A DNA stretch of 21,998 nt from Geosiphon pyriformis uo1 (lineage: Eukaryota > Fungi > Glomeromycota), in assembly GCA_016748015.1 (NCBI GenBank), contig JAAOMT010000562.1:1-21998 (forward strand). Reading direction: 5' to 3'. The notes below the pieces were generated by a model. That model did no database searches and was not told the origin of the DNA. It worked only from the letters and a program-made list of their open reading frames with translations. The first letter of the stretch is position 1, and each line of letters opens with the position of its first letter. This document shows positions 1 through 11,257 of this stretch, piece by piece. The position numbers were made by a program, and so were the translations under genes.

Positions 1-987
1 ATAAAATCTATATTAATATTGACAGAAAAGAAAATTTTAAAATTTTTTATGTAACTTGCATTCTGAAATATTTCAAAAATTTATTTTTATTTTTTTTAAA
101 AATCTATTCTAAAATTAGAAACAGAAATTTAGGTGTTACAGAATGTAGGGGAATTTCGGAGAAAGTCCATAAAATAAAATAAACTGAAAAGACAGAAAAA
201 TTAAAAAATCCCGAGTTTTATTTAAAACAACGACTATAAAATGGAATAAACTTTATGAAGTTTTTCTTGAAAGCACTGATTTTATTTAGTTGTTTAGATT
301 TTGAATTTTTGAACTGTTGGTTTTTGAGTGTTAAAGACTTGTACAGATATAACATCTAAAGTTTAATTGTAAATAGCAAAACTATTTTTACATTTCAAGC
401 ACTTTACTAATTATACAGAATATATAATTTACTACCAATATGCATATCAGACAGTCTCATGGTACAAACGTTTTACTTTTAATGAATTTATTCAAGTAGC
501 TAATCAAGTTTATTATAGTATTATTAGTCGATAACTTTAAAGAGAAAATTAAAAAAACTGCTTATTTATTAAAAAATGAACGAATAATTCAGGTTAACTC
601 AATGAAGTTAGTCAACTGAAAAAAGATTTTTTTCTTAACGTATGATTTAATAGATATTTATTCATGAAATCAAGTTTCTTTGTGCACCATTTCAATTTAA
701 TACTGATGAAACTAGATTTCAATCGTAGAGTAATTATCATAATTAAAAAATTATGCGACAAAAATTTGTAAATACGCGTGAAAATTAATGACCATCTGTT
801 TAATTCTAGCTTTTACTTAGCTTGGTGTTAATATTTATTACAATTAGTTATTAAGTAGCCAGAATAAGGTCCAGCATGATCTTTAGGGTCAAGTGACGTT
901 TGATTATTAATTCAACCTGTTTTCAAGCATTGAGAAAGTTAAAGATAGCAAATTTCTTTCTTAAAATAAGTCTTTTTCGTTTATTTT

Positions 988-1026
988 AATAATAATAATA
1001 AAAATAATAATAATAGTAATAATAAT
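988..1026. repeat. (AAT)n microsatellite, imperfect
   Basis: Run of AAT units with two interruptions (AAA, AGT) read directly. Confidence 0.85.
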
Positions 1027-1044
1027 TATTTTTTTTATCAAATT

Positions 1045-2080
1045 AGGTATATTGTATCTAGCTTTCTCTAAAAGTCTTTTCTGGATGACATCAAAGGGTC
1101 TCACCTTTCGGAGTCAACCAAATTTCTGTGCCACCATAGACAGATTTTACATTCTTATATTCGGTAGATAATTTTGCCCTTGAATATCTGAAAAATTCAA
1201 ATGCTGCAAGTTGGGCGTACACTTTCAATGAAAAAATTTATTTAAGAAATTCTAAACATTTTGAAGATTTTTTTTTCAGAATGATATGGAATTAACATCA
1301 ATACTATATCCCAAGAAAATCGAATACTTTAGTGATTCTGAATCAATTTATTTAACAAGTTTGGTAAGAGCCTCTTGTTGAAATCTAAGGTACTGTTTAT
1401 AAATTTTATTGAAAACTTTGGCATCAGTCACTTTTGAATAATCTATCAAGACTGCTCCATCTTCTTCAGGGTTTTTTTTAATGATTCCTCACTCTCAGTG
1501 AAATTGATTGTGATTGAAGTTTTCCCTCACAATATCTCGACTTTTGAATTAAATTATAAAATTTTCGTTGAGTTATGTTTAAAAAATTTATTGATTAAAT
1601 CTTTTTCGGAAAAAATCACCAAAAATTAATTCGTTTGAAATTTTAGTTTTTTTTGATAACAAATAACTTTATAAGCTAATCTAACCATAAATTTGAATGC
1701 ATCTTTTTCTTTTGCACTCTGAGCCGTCGATGCATGTATTAATTTGAGGCAAAGGTATTGGCTGATTCAGCAGCAGAAAAGGAGAATTTCGGTTATGAAA
1801 TCGGGAAACCTTGATTGCTTGTGATTTGTGAAAGGCTGGTTTCAAGTAAGGCATGCACAAGTGCGGTGTTATCAATAAAGCTTTTTAAATTTGTTAAATG
1901 AGCATCCTCTCCATTCATTTTTGAATTCTTTTGGCTCCCAAACATTCGACGACGACAGTGGTTTATTTGAGAATGAACTTTCACAATCATTTAGAATGAA
2001 AACATTGGACAAATTTATATATGAAAATGTTGGTTCATTTAATAAAACTTTACCTCCATTTTCAAATGAAAAAAACTAAC
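1045..2080 (-). pseudogene. Decayed multi-exon gene of unrecognised family
   Basis: GC-richer, coding-like minus-strand segments broken by stops and frameshifts: FSFENGGKVLLNEPTFSYINL...WEPKEFKNEWRGCSF; LITPHLCMPYLKPAFHKSQ...CIDGSECKRKRCIQIY ending at a GTTAGA donor-like site (~1685); GIIKKNPEEDGAVLIDYSKVTDAKVFNKIYKQYLRFQQEAL; LKVYAQLAAFEFFRYSRAKLSTEYKNVKSVYGGTEIWLTPKGETL*. No family recognised. Confidence 0.35.
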
Positions 2081-2109
2081 TAAAACGCTATCACCAATGT
2101 TATTTTTAA

Positions 2110-2288
2110 AGGTTTACTTTTTTCCCTTCTATCCACTTTTTCATTCGCCTTTCGTCCACATTTTTCTCATCTATTATTCTCTTCTTTAACTTTTTTAAAC
2201 TGCCTGCCTTCTTACTATTCCTAAACTCCTTCAGCTCCTCCATGTAAGCCATAGTTTTTTGCACCTTTGTTATGGTTTGGGAAGATAT
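2110..2288 (-). pseudogene. Fragment of a paralog of the BRCT gene at 6292-7623 (post-BRCT linker)
   Basis: Minus-strand 2288-2266 ATATCTTCCCAAACCATAACAAA matches plus-strand 6469-6491 at 22/23 nt (IFPNHNK). It continues as a charged linker, GAKNYGLHGGAEGV*E**EGRQFKKVKEENNR*, with stops explainable by C>T changes. Confidence 0.45.
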
Positions 2289-5200
2289 GGCATTAATATA
2301 TGTTTGGTTCATGTCAGATCTTTTATCTATAAATATAAATTACTATTAACTCTGAATAATATAAATGTTATTTTCAATTTTATCGTAATAATTATTGTAT
2401 TGTATAATATTCAATATTATTATTAAAAACTATTTTTTAAAGAATATTAAACAAGATAATAAAATATTAATCAATTTTTTTTAATAAATATGACATAATT
2501 TAAATTTATTATAAAATAACTATATATAAATTGCAACTAAATAAATATTAGTTAAGTTTTTTTTTTACATATAACTAATTAAAATAACACTATATTACAT
2601 TATTAAAACTTTTATTAGAAATTTTTAACCAATTAAATTTAAAATTTGTAATACTATCTATATTAATTTTTTATCTATAAAAAAACTTGAATAATTCAAC
2701 CAAAAATTATATTTATTTATGATCCAAATAAATTTTATTAATATTGTTAACGATTAAAAATTATTATGAAATTACTTTAGATTTTATTATTAATTTAACG
2801 TTAATTAATATTTCCAAGTTATATTAATTATTTACTTATTATTAACACACTATTTTATCACAAACAATTTATGAGTTACATATAGAATTAAATACTATGA
2901 ATAGATTATATAGTATTCTAAAATATTAACAATAAAAATTTAAGCAGTTTATGAAAAATTTAAATAATTTTCAAATAATTTTAACAAATTTGTTTATTTC
3001 ATTATACTAAATTCAAAATAAGTAAATTTTGAAATTCTTTTTCAATTATAAAAAGTAAAAAAAAATTGATATTTAGAATTTACAATAAATAAAGTTTTAA
3101 ATTAGATCTTAAATAAACTTTAATAATTATAAATTATGCATTTGAAATTTTTTATTGTTTAAGACTATTCAAGAAATAACAATAAAAACAATTTTTTTAT
3201 TAAAATTAATTATTAAAAGTAAGTTTGCAGTTTGTACATATTGTTATATGAATAAAATTAGCAAAACCAAATTATTAATTAATGAGATCTGTAACAAAAA
3301 TATACAAATTATAATAATCTACTATAATATAAAACAATATAAAATAATTTAAATCTTTTATAATGATTTAAAACTATTTTATTTAACTATTATAGCTAGA
3401 TAATAACATTTTTCCAAATATTATAAGACTTTATTTGTATAACTACAAATCATGTATATTTACAGTAGTTTTTTAGCTTAAAAAAATAACATATTTAAAT
3501 TCAAGTCTTTTCTCGACTTTATATGTTATCATAAATAATATTTAAATAAAATAAAATTATTTTTAAAAAAACAATTAAACTATTTCCTTATTCACATAAG
3601 TTAATATTAAATTGGTTTATTTTTAATTAAAAAACATGAATTTGTTTTATGTAAAAAACATTATTTGTGTATTTAAATTTTTTAATTTATTTAAACAATA
3701 AATTTTTACGTGAATAATTAATATAAATTATTTTAATATTTTTTAATTACCATGTATTTAATAAATGTATTAACGCTATTATTATTCAAATTACAAAAAG
3801 GGTTATTGTTTGCAGTCAAATGAAAATACATTACTGTAATTAGTAACAATAATACAGAACTAATCAAAAAACCAAAAAAAACCAAAGCCTTATTTTTTCA
3901 AAAAAGAAAAGCAAATTTTGAAGCAATAAAAAAAAGTTGAAGTTTTCAACAAACAGAAAACTGTCATTTTGAGAAATCCCAAGAAAAAAACCACTATTAA
4001 AAATACCAAAGGATTAATGTTAAATGAGGACAATTACTTTTTGGCTGCTTTGGTTTTTCAGGTTATTTAAAAATTGGTGATAACAATAATTTTAGTACTG
4101 GCTTATTGTTAAAAATTTTGGGGCTTTTTTTCATTAGTAGTAACAACGTTAAGACTAGTTTTAATGTGTTATTTTGAAAAACTTTAAAAAATATGCTTTT
4201 AAGCTAGCTAAGAGCTGCTTTGTTTTGTAAATAATTAAGGAAAACACTTTTGTTTAACTGTTTTTGTAGCTGAGAAAAATTTTTGAGTTGTATACTTTTA
4301 ACTATTATAAAAATATTAATTGCTTTTTATATTTTTTGTTCTGGTTATTATCATAAAAATTAGTAAAAGAAGCTTCTTCTTATTTTTATTTCTAATATTA
4401 TTTTTTTTATTATGCTTTAACAAAGTGTGCCCCTTCCACTATCTATTTTATATAATATTTTAAGTAGAGCTCCGAAAGAGTCAACTCTCTTTGACTCAGT
4501 ACCTGACTCGTAAGAGCCGAGTTCGAGTTATAAATATTCTGACTCGGAATTGATGCGAGTCAAAATCTCATGACTCAACTCGACTCGCCGAGTCTTATAT
4601 ATAAGTAGATCAAATCTCAATTTAGCTCTTTTTAACTTGAAAAATAACAGATGATCAAAATTATTTTTTCTATTGGTCGAGAATAAAAAATTCTACATGT
4701 GACAAATAACGAGTTGAGTCGGGTTATTAGGCTACTAAACTCGACTCGATTTCTTAAAAATGAAAAATTTCCGAGTCGAATTCGAGTCAGACTAAGACTT
4801 GATCCGATTCGACTCGTTAGGAGCCTTAATCTTAAGATTAGAAATTATAATCTAATTTGTTAAACAATTAGTTATCTTATTTTTCTCAATTTTTAAATAG
4901 ATTGACACTCTTTTATTTTTAATTATATTTGCAATTTTGTGCTTTTTATTAGTAATTGTTTTTATAATTAGGTTTAAAATATAAAATTTTTAATTTACAT
5001 ATATTAATAACTGTATTATAATTATATATAAATAATATAATCTCTTTTAAGCACATATTTAAATGTTAATCTAATAACTACTTATGCAAAAATCAATATT
5101 TGCATTGTTTAGTGTATTAAAACCATTTAATTTGGCCAAATACTTTATATATAACTTGTATTAATCTGGAATTAAATTTTTAAATATACTTTAAATTATT

Positions 5201-6289
5201 ATTATGTTTTTTTGTTAAAAACATATATTATTTATATGAAATTTTAATATTTGTTTTTATTTAATATCTTTAATATTAATATACTAATCTCTGATTTAAA
5301 AAAATACACATTAACAATATTTAAGATTTAAGAAAAATTTATCATGTTTGCTAAGAAGTAGTTTTTTTTATATAAATTTATTTTAGTAAAATTTTGTTAA
5401 CAGATTTTTAAGTTTTTATTCTATTATATACAGATCCAAAAATTTGTGTTTAAAGAACTTGTTTAACAAATCTTCTGAACTTATAAATTTAACTATTATA
5501 GCTATTTTTTTCTGCTTAAAGTTAGATAAATGTCTTAATATTGTAAACATAAATAAAATTTTATTTAGAAAATCTTTAAATAAGTTAATTTTAAGTTTTG
5601 TATTAGTCTGTCTTAGTTTTATTGAAAAGACAATGTGTATAAAATAAGTAGAATGTGATATTTAACAACAATAAAATACAAAAATAGTAAAACTAAATAA
5701 GCAAATTGTTTATTTAAAATCATCTTTTTGCATTATATTACTAAAGAACTGAATGTTTCTATTAGTTTTTACTTATTAAAATGTTATTATTAAATGTTAA
5801 TTTAATTACCAAATTTTTATTTAGTTCAGAAATAAATAAAACTTAAATAATTTTCTTGAATCTTTAATAATAAAAAAGCTTTTAAAATTTCCAAATTTTT
5901 TTATAAGAATGCTTTTTTTTGGAGTTATTGAACATTTTGATTATTCTTGTTGTTAATATTGTTTGTATTAAACATTGAGTTGTGGTGTTTATTCTGGCTT
6001 ATAAAAGTACTGTTAATTCTATTAGAAGATTTTTCAATAATAAACAATTTAGACCACATATAATACAGTAGTTTTGAATTAAAAATGTGTTTTGGCTTTT
6101 TAACTCTTTGGTAGTTAAAAGATTAATAAGAGAAAAACCAATATTAAATATTTTTTAAAAAAAACGATTGATTTGATGTTAAAATATATTAAATAATAAT
6201 AATTTTGATATATTCAAATAAAAAATATTGTATACTACAATAAATATTATCTGAAACGTCATTAAAATGAACCAAACATTTATTAGGCC
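2289..6289. mobile_element. Degenerate 4.0-kb TIR DNA transposon (GGC...GCC termini, AT on both sides; ISL2EU/PIF-Harbinger-like or Zator-like, superfamily unresolved)
   Basis: Left end GGCATTAATATATGTTTGGTTCAT (2289-2312) versus the reverse complement of the right end, GGCCTAATAAATGTTTGGTTCAT (6267-6289): 21/24 aligned. Weaker subterminal inverted similarity; AT dinucleotide at 2287-2288 and 6290-6291. Base composition switches abruptly to extreme AT-richness between these ends. No transposase ORF survives. Confidence 0.6.
4465..4828. mobile_element. Non-autonomous hAT-type MITE (364 bp) nested in the larger element
   Basis: TIRs TAGAGCTCCGAAAGAGTCAA versus TAAGGCTCCTAACGAGTCGA (reverse complement of right end). 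8-bp TSD ATTTTAAG (4457-4464) / ATCTTAAG (4829-4836), 7/8 identical. Many subterminal GACTCG/CGAGTC motifs in both orientations. An 8-bp TSD, TAG-type termini and subterminal repeats are hAT hallmarks. Confidence 0.85.
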
Positions 6290-6291
6290 AT

Positions 6292-7623
6292 ACCCATACT
6301 AAGTCAGTTAGAAAAATAATCACTTACCTTGTAGTTACCATCGTAGACTTTCAACGACCAAGTGCTAAAGTTCAAGTAGGCCAAAAAAAGGTGAAGCCGT
6401 CTTCATCGTGACTTAAGCTTGGGTTAAAGAGTCTATCGCCAAGAATACGAGATTAGTAGAAGCAAGTTATATCTTCCCAAACCACAACAAACACGCAGGC
6501 AAGTAATTAAACTCTTTAAGAGCTTTGATCATACTAAGGCCTTGGGCTTCGTAAATATATTAGCTCTGCACTCGAATGGTCTCCCAGCGCGGACTCCTTC
6601 TCTGAACGAGTTGAGAACGTGACAAAATGGTACTGGTTGTATGGACTATTTTTGTGAAAGTCTCCAGTTTTAGCCACCAATATTGACCCAAGTTCTTGCA
6701 GAAACAGTGCTGTTGTTCTTACATTTTTTTTACAATGTATCAGTTGCTTGTCAAATAACTAATTTTTTTATTCTTAGTATAGTTTTCTAATGAATTCTCA
6801 CGAAAATTGGCTTGCCGACAAACTACAGGCGATGATAGATGCTGGGAGGAAATCCAATATTATGTAAAATTGATTCGTTTTGCTGCTTTGCCATCTATTT
6901 TCGGATAATAAATTTTTATTTTTTCTAGGAGCCCCGCCGCGAGTGGAATCGTGTTGATTAAACAAGAAACTCTGATCCAATATCTAGATCAAGCTGAATA
7001 TGATCTTATCCCAGCGGTTAACATGATAGAGAAATCTATATCTCCTTCATCCATGGAGTATTTATTGTCCTTTGTTGAATGTCTTGTAAGTTTACATTTT
7101 CTTAATTTTTTTTAGGAAAAAAAAAACGACTAATATTTTTTATTGAATCATCAGACCTATCCTGGTCAACTTCACGCTTTTGTTGACAAGACCCCATGGA
7201 TTACTTTTTTTAGACTTGCCCATTTCGAAATAGTGCCATATCCATTTGCTGATGATCTTTCGGAGTGCACATTTATTGGTTCCGGTTATCGATTATGTCT
7301 TGATGGATGTGATTCGGATTTCTCGGTAGGAATTTATTTGAATGACTTTTTTTCAACATGGATTAATTTATTTTTTGAATTTAGATATAGAAACTTTAAA
7401 TATATATTAATTAGTCAATTTTTCCTGCTACTTTTTTTTATTTTTAAATGGTTTTCAAATTCAATATGAAATATTTTTAAAAAATGAATTTCCCTAGTTA
7501 ATAGAAGGTTCGAGAAATCTTTTATATATTAATAGATTCAACATTCAATTCAAATCTTTCAGTAACTTTCGAGGGACACCTGAGAATTCATCAAAGAAAT
7601 CAAAATTCTCATCCCTCTCTTAA
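6292..7623 (+). pseudogene. 5'-truncated multi-exon gene: BRCT domain plus uncharacterised C-terminal domain
   Basis: Exons 6292-6498, 6564-6706, 6778-6863, 6929-7085, 7155-7325, 7498-7623 join in consistent phases. Exon 1 reads THTKSVRKIITYLVVT...SAKVQVGQKK/GEAVFIVT*AWVKESIAKNTRLVEASY (BRCT WxxxS motif). Lesions: frameshift at or near the A7 run 6383-6389, TAA 6414, TGA 6620, TAG 6671. The last four exons are open. The final acceptor is uncertain (alternative TAG at 7382-7384). Confidence 0.7.
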
Positions 7624-8517
7624 TCCTGCGAAATCACCTCATCCACATAGAATAAAACAAAATTTGAACAATGTCTATAAACTTTTAATGTTTCATGTTG
7701 CACAATACGCGAATATGGCCTATTGCCCGGGAACAGTGGATAATCCGAATGGAAGAAAAAGGACCACGCAAAAATCAAAACATTTTCCTGAATTTTATTT
7801 AAAATTGAAAAAATAGTCCTAAGCTTTAACATTGTTTATGATAAAAGACACAATCGCATGATCATTTATTTCGTTGGGAAATATTATCCTGTATGGAATA
7901 GGAAACTCGAGAAGTTAAACTGGTAAATGTAACTTTTAAATTGTTCGAATAAAAAAAACTACAAATATATCAAACATATATAGATTCACTATGGAATGAA
8001 GATGCCAAAAAAAATGAAATTATTGAAAAGCTTGATTTTTCTCTTTCGTTTTGTTTAATGTTAAATTTTGTGGGCATGAAGTTGAAGATAGTAAGTTTCG
8101 TATTCATTTTTCAATTTTTAAAATGGTCATAATTATTTAATTTATGAGACAATTTATTAAGAGGGGTTTTAGCATTAGGTTTTATTAAAATTTGGTAGAT
8201 TTTTATACTAAAAATTTGAAAAGTTAATTTATCAACATGAAGTTTTGTTTCTAAATATTGGGTTTATAATAACTATTTGATATTTTTATTCAAAAATACG
8301 AGCTTATATGCTTTGATTATTGAATAAATAAATAAAATTAAATTGGTTCTTCCAAATTTAATTTTAGAAGGCAATCTATTATTAGTCCTACTGTGTTAGT
8401 ATAGAAATTCAAGTAAATTAAATATTTCAAAGAAGGTGACCGTTTCAAATTATTTGAGTTACAAAATTTTACTACCATGATTTCATGTTAAATCCCAAAA
8501 CTCGTGAGAAATAAATT

Positions 8518-9009
8518 TATGCTTGATTATCACAGTGTCCCTCTAATTGTAACCCCAAAAACTATGGACTAACATGAGTCCATGATTCTAAATCATCAAC
8601 TGTGCCCTGATTACATTCCTTTAATTATAATCAAAATGAAATAGACAATTCGAAAATCAAATAAATCATAGCAAGCAGTTTCGGCTATTTACCTGATTCT
8701 CACCATTGGTTGAACTCCACTTTGCTCGATATCCTCGGCACTCGACATAAAAATACCCATCCTCTAAAGATGCTTTTTTGGAAGAACAATCGTATTCATC
8801 ACGTGCGATCCAATACTTGGTGGGGGATAAAATGGGCAAGGAATATTATCATTTGAATGCGTTATTTTTTGCACTTTAATAAGTTTTTTGAGGAGGATAG
8901 CAAATGAAAAATGACCAATTCGCGGGTGGCCAAATGTTGTGACTAATATTCTTTTGTTGAGTGAGCCATTGTTAAAACAGTAGATCTTATAATAGAATGG
9001 CATAAACAA
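8518..9009 (-). pseudogene. Class 3 lipase (alpha/beta hydrolase) pseudogene, 3' half
   Basis: VTTFGHPRIG...VQKITHSNDNIP matches the Lipase_3 TFGxPRxG and RxxHxxDxVP motifs. After a frameshift it reads TKYWIARDEYDCS...VECRGY...GENQ, then a GT-AG intron (8692-8619), then ECNQGT...THVSP*F (catalytic His region). Stops and frameshifts present; the GHSxG-bearing 5' exons are not seen. Confidence 0.75.
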
Positions 9010-9155
9010 AAATTATTGAAAAGATTTACATTTCCTTCCAAATATTAATTTTGATATATAGTCTGGTTTGTTTAATGAATATCAGATGTAAAGTTTTAAT
9101 GAGTTAGAGACGTACTAGTATTAAAATCTGGCTTAATCCATTGAATAATTTTGAG

Positions 9156-9184
9156 TTTCCAATATATAGATTATATATTGGAAA
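9156..9184. repeat. Perfect 13-bp inverted repeat with 3-nt spacer
   Basis: TTTCCAATATATA-GAT-TATATATTGGAAA read directly. Confidence 0.9.
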
Positions 9185-9668
9185 TTGGAATATTTTGTTT
9201 TACTTGGGACAATTAATAAAAAGAATTTATTTAAATATTTTTGTATATTTCAACTGATGGAATTTAATATTTTTTCTATAAAATTCAAAAAATCTTTATT
9301 CCATGACTTTGAGATAATAGTCTTCTAGGCTTTTACCTAGATTCACTTTATCAGATAGGGATTCTGACGAATTAAATTAAACAGGATTTAGTGTCACCTG
9401 AAAATCTGAATTGGATTTAAGACGAAAAGGTTTACATTTACATTTCTAACCTGATGCATAAATAAGGAAAAGGAGAGTTATATTTTCTTTAAAAAGTATT
9501 AATAAAGTTTAGAATTTTGAAATTTAATTCTCGAAAATATTAATAAATAAATTTTATTCACAAAAAACTATTCGAAAACATTATCCCACAATCAATTTGA
9601 TTAAAATAAATAAGAGAACATTCATAATATTATAAAGCCAACAACATTCAAGTTCATTTTTCAATAAT

Positions 9669-11257
9669 TTACTTCTTTCCATACGTTCTTTGAGCGTACT
9701 GTTCAAATGTAGTGATAGAAGGATGCAATTTTTTCGCAATAGAAAGATCATTAAGAGCCGCATCTTCTCCGAAGTATCCAAAATCCTTGATCCATCCATT
9801 CTGTCATATGAAAATAAAGTATTAGTGAAAGTGAGAAATCAAAAGTTGATATTGATAATAAAATTTTAAAGATAAAAAGTTTTGCAATCACTACCATTTC
9901 ATAGATTTCATCATTTGCGAGGTGCGGAGCCTCTTTGGCAGTTTCCTCTTTGGAAAGTGATTTGAATCGATGTTCTTTACCCGTCACTTAATGTATGATG
10001 ATGATAATGATGATGATGATGATGATGGGAAATAGTAAAATTCTTTTCAGAAATTTGGGTATAAGCGAAATATTAAGAGTCATTTCAGTTACCTTTGGTT
10101 AAAGTGTCGGCAAGTTCTTGAAGGGTAATGTATTCTGACGCGGCTCCGACGCTTTTGCCATTCCATTTCTGTGGTCCTTCTTCAATAATTTTAGCCACGA
10201 TTGGCTAAAAAGAAGATTGAAAAACCAAACGTGAAAATTATTCATCAATATCAACTATTTAAAAATAATTTTTTTATAAAACTTTATATTAAAAGTTTAC
10301 CCCTGTATCGTTGGGAGCATCAAAAATAGGTATCACAGAGTCAGCCTGAAAAATTGGCACTTTTACTTCTGCATAGCCTTCTTTATCGACAATTGGAAAG
10401 AATTCGCCAAAGTTAGAAGGGTAAAAACCAGCATAAAAAAATGTATAATTTGGAATTCCACTTCGGCGAATGTATTGCTCTACTTGATTTTTTCCTGTAA
10501 GGTTTATCGTAATTTAGTAAAAAAAAAACTGGTAAAATGGTTTAAAAATTTTTCGTCAAGTAATAAAATTTGCTTAACCTGTCAAGTGAATAACATTTTT
10601 GTAAAGTCCTTTTGATCCGGCATCTGCGTCAGGGAGTGAGCTTTATCGAAATAGAATTGAAACAAAAGAAGATGTGTAAAACATCTTGGGTAAAATTCAT
10701 ATTAAATTTGTTACGAATCTTAAATTTTTTTTCACCTATAAAACAACCAATTAAGACCGACTTTCTTTGCCGCATCCGCTATCAATTTACCCTGACGAAC
10801 TTCCTCCCATACATCGGCTCCCACAATCGACTAAAAGATCAGTCAATGAATTAATTATTACTTTTTTTAACCAATTTGGTCATATAAAGTTATCGCAACT
10901 AATATATTTCAAGTTCACTTACCGGATCCCAAAAATTAGTAACAATCCATGCAACGTCAGCTCCCTTGAACGCTAGCTCCACATCCTCGCTATTTGATAA
11001 ATTAGCCTTAACTACCTCGACACCTTTGGCTGCGAGAGCTTGACCAGCAGCCGAAGATGGATTACGAGTTAAGCCACGCACATTGTATTTTCCAGTGGCT
11101 AAAAGAGCATTTACTACTGAGCCACCTTGCGCGCCTATCAGATGATTGGAAATTATAAATAATTAATTGAATGGAATGAATTCAACAAATATATTACGAT
11201 TAATTTATTTCATTCACCGGTCGCGCCGCTTACAACTACAGTTTGTTTTAAAGACAT
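9669..11257 (-). CDS. NmrA-like family protein (atypical SDR, NAD(P)-binding Rossmann fold; NMRAL1/HSCARG-like), 8 exons, 312 aa
   Basis: Exons 11257-11218, 11134-10923, 10830-10736, 10640-10579, 10494-10301, 10204-10093, 9986-9895, 9800-9669 total 939 nt, with all GT-AG introns in phase. MSLKQTVVVSGATGAQGGSVVNALL (GxxGxxG), VRGLTRNP, VTNFWDP, QGKLIADAAKKVG, YSSLPD, VIHLTGK (HxxxK), GFYPSNF, DTGPIVAKI, TTFEQYAQRTYGKK*. Confidence 0.95.
9995..10027. repeat. (ATG)11 microsatellite (one ATA variant) in NmrA intron 6
   Basis: Read directly; lies 8 nt from the 3' splice site at 9987 on the coding strand. Confidence 0.9.

Noticed and set aside
50-140. TGTAAC...GTTACA inverted ends suggesting a mini LTR or MITE
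   Set aside because: Only 6 bp of perfect match, no TSD, and too near the window edge to assess.
815-865. Short matches (TTAGCTTGGTGT, TAAGTAGCCA) to the reverse complement of 17460-17610
   Set aside because: 10-12 nt only and in swapped order; cannot be distinguished from chance or old repeat debris.
2106-2312. 68-aa ORF MNQTYINA...
   Set aside because: Its ATG lies inside the transposon TIR, and the homologous frame is a different, stop-containing one.
4480-4820. GACTCG repeats as a CRISPR array or iterons
   Set aside because: Short, irregularly spaced, in both orientations and bounded by TIRs/TSD in a eukaryotic context; explained as hAT subterminal repeats.
3155-5647. I/K/N/F-rich ORFs at 3155 and 5444 (likewise 14472, 16382, 20548)
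   Set aside because: Composition expected by chance in extremely AT-rich DNA; no recognisable motifs.
9581-10976. Small ORFs 9581-9799, 10612-10854, 10767-10976
   Set aside because: Off-frame or antisense to NmrA exons. The 9751-9987 and 10899-11081 ORFs are NmrA exons read into introns.
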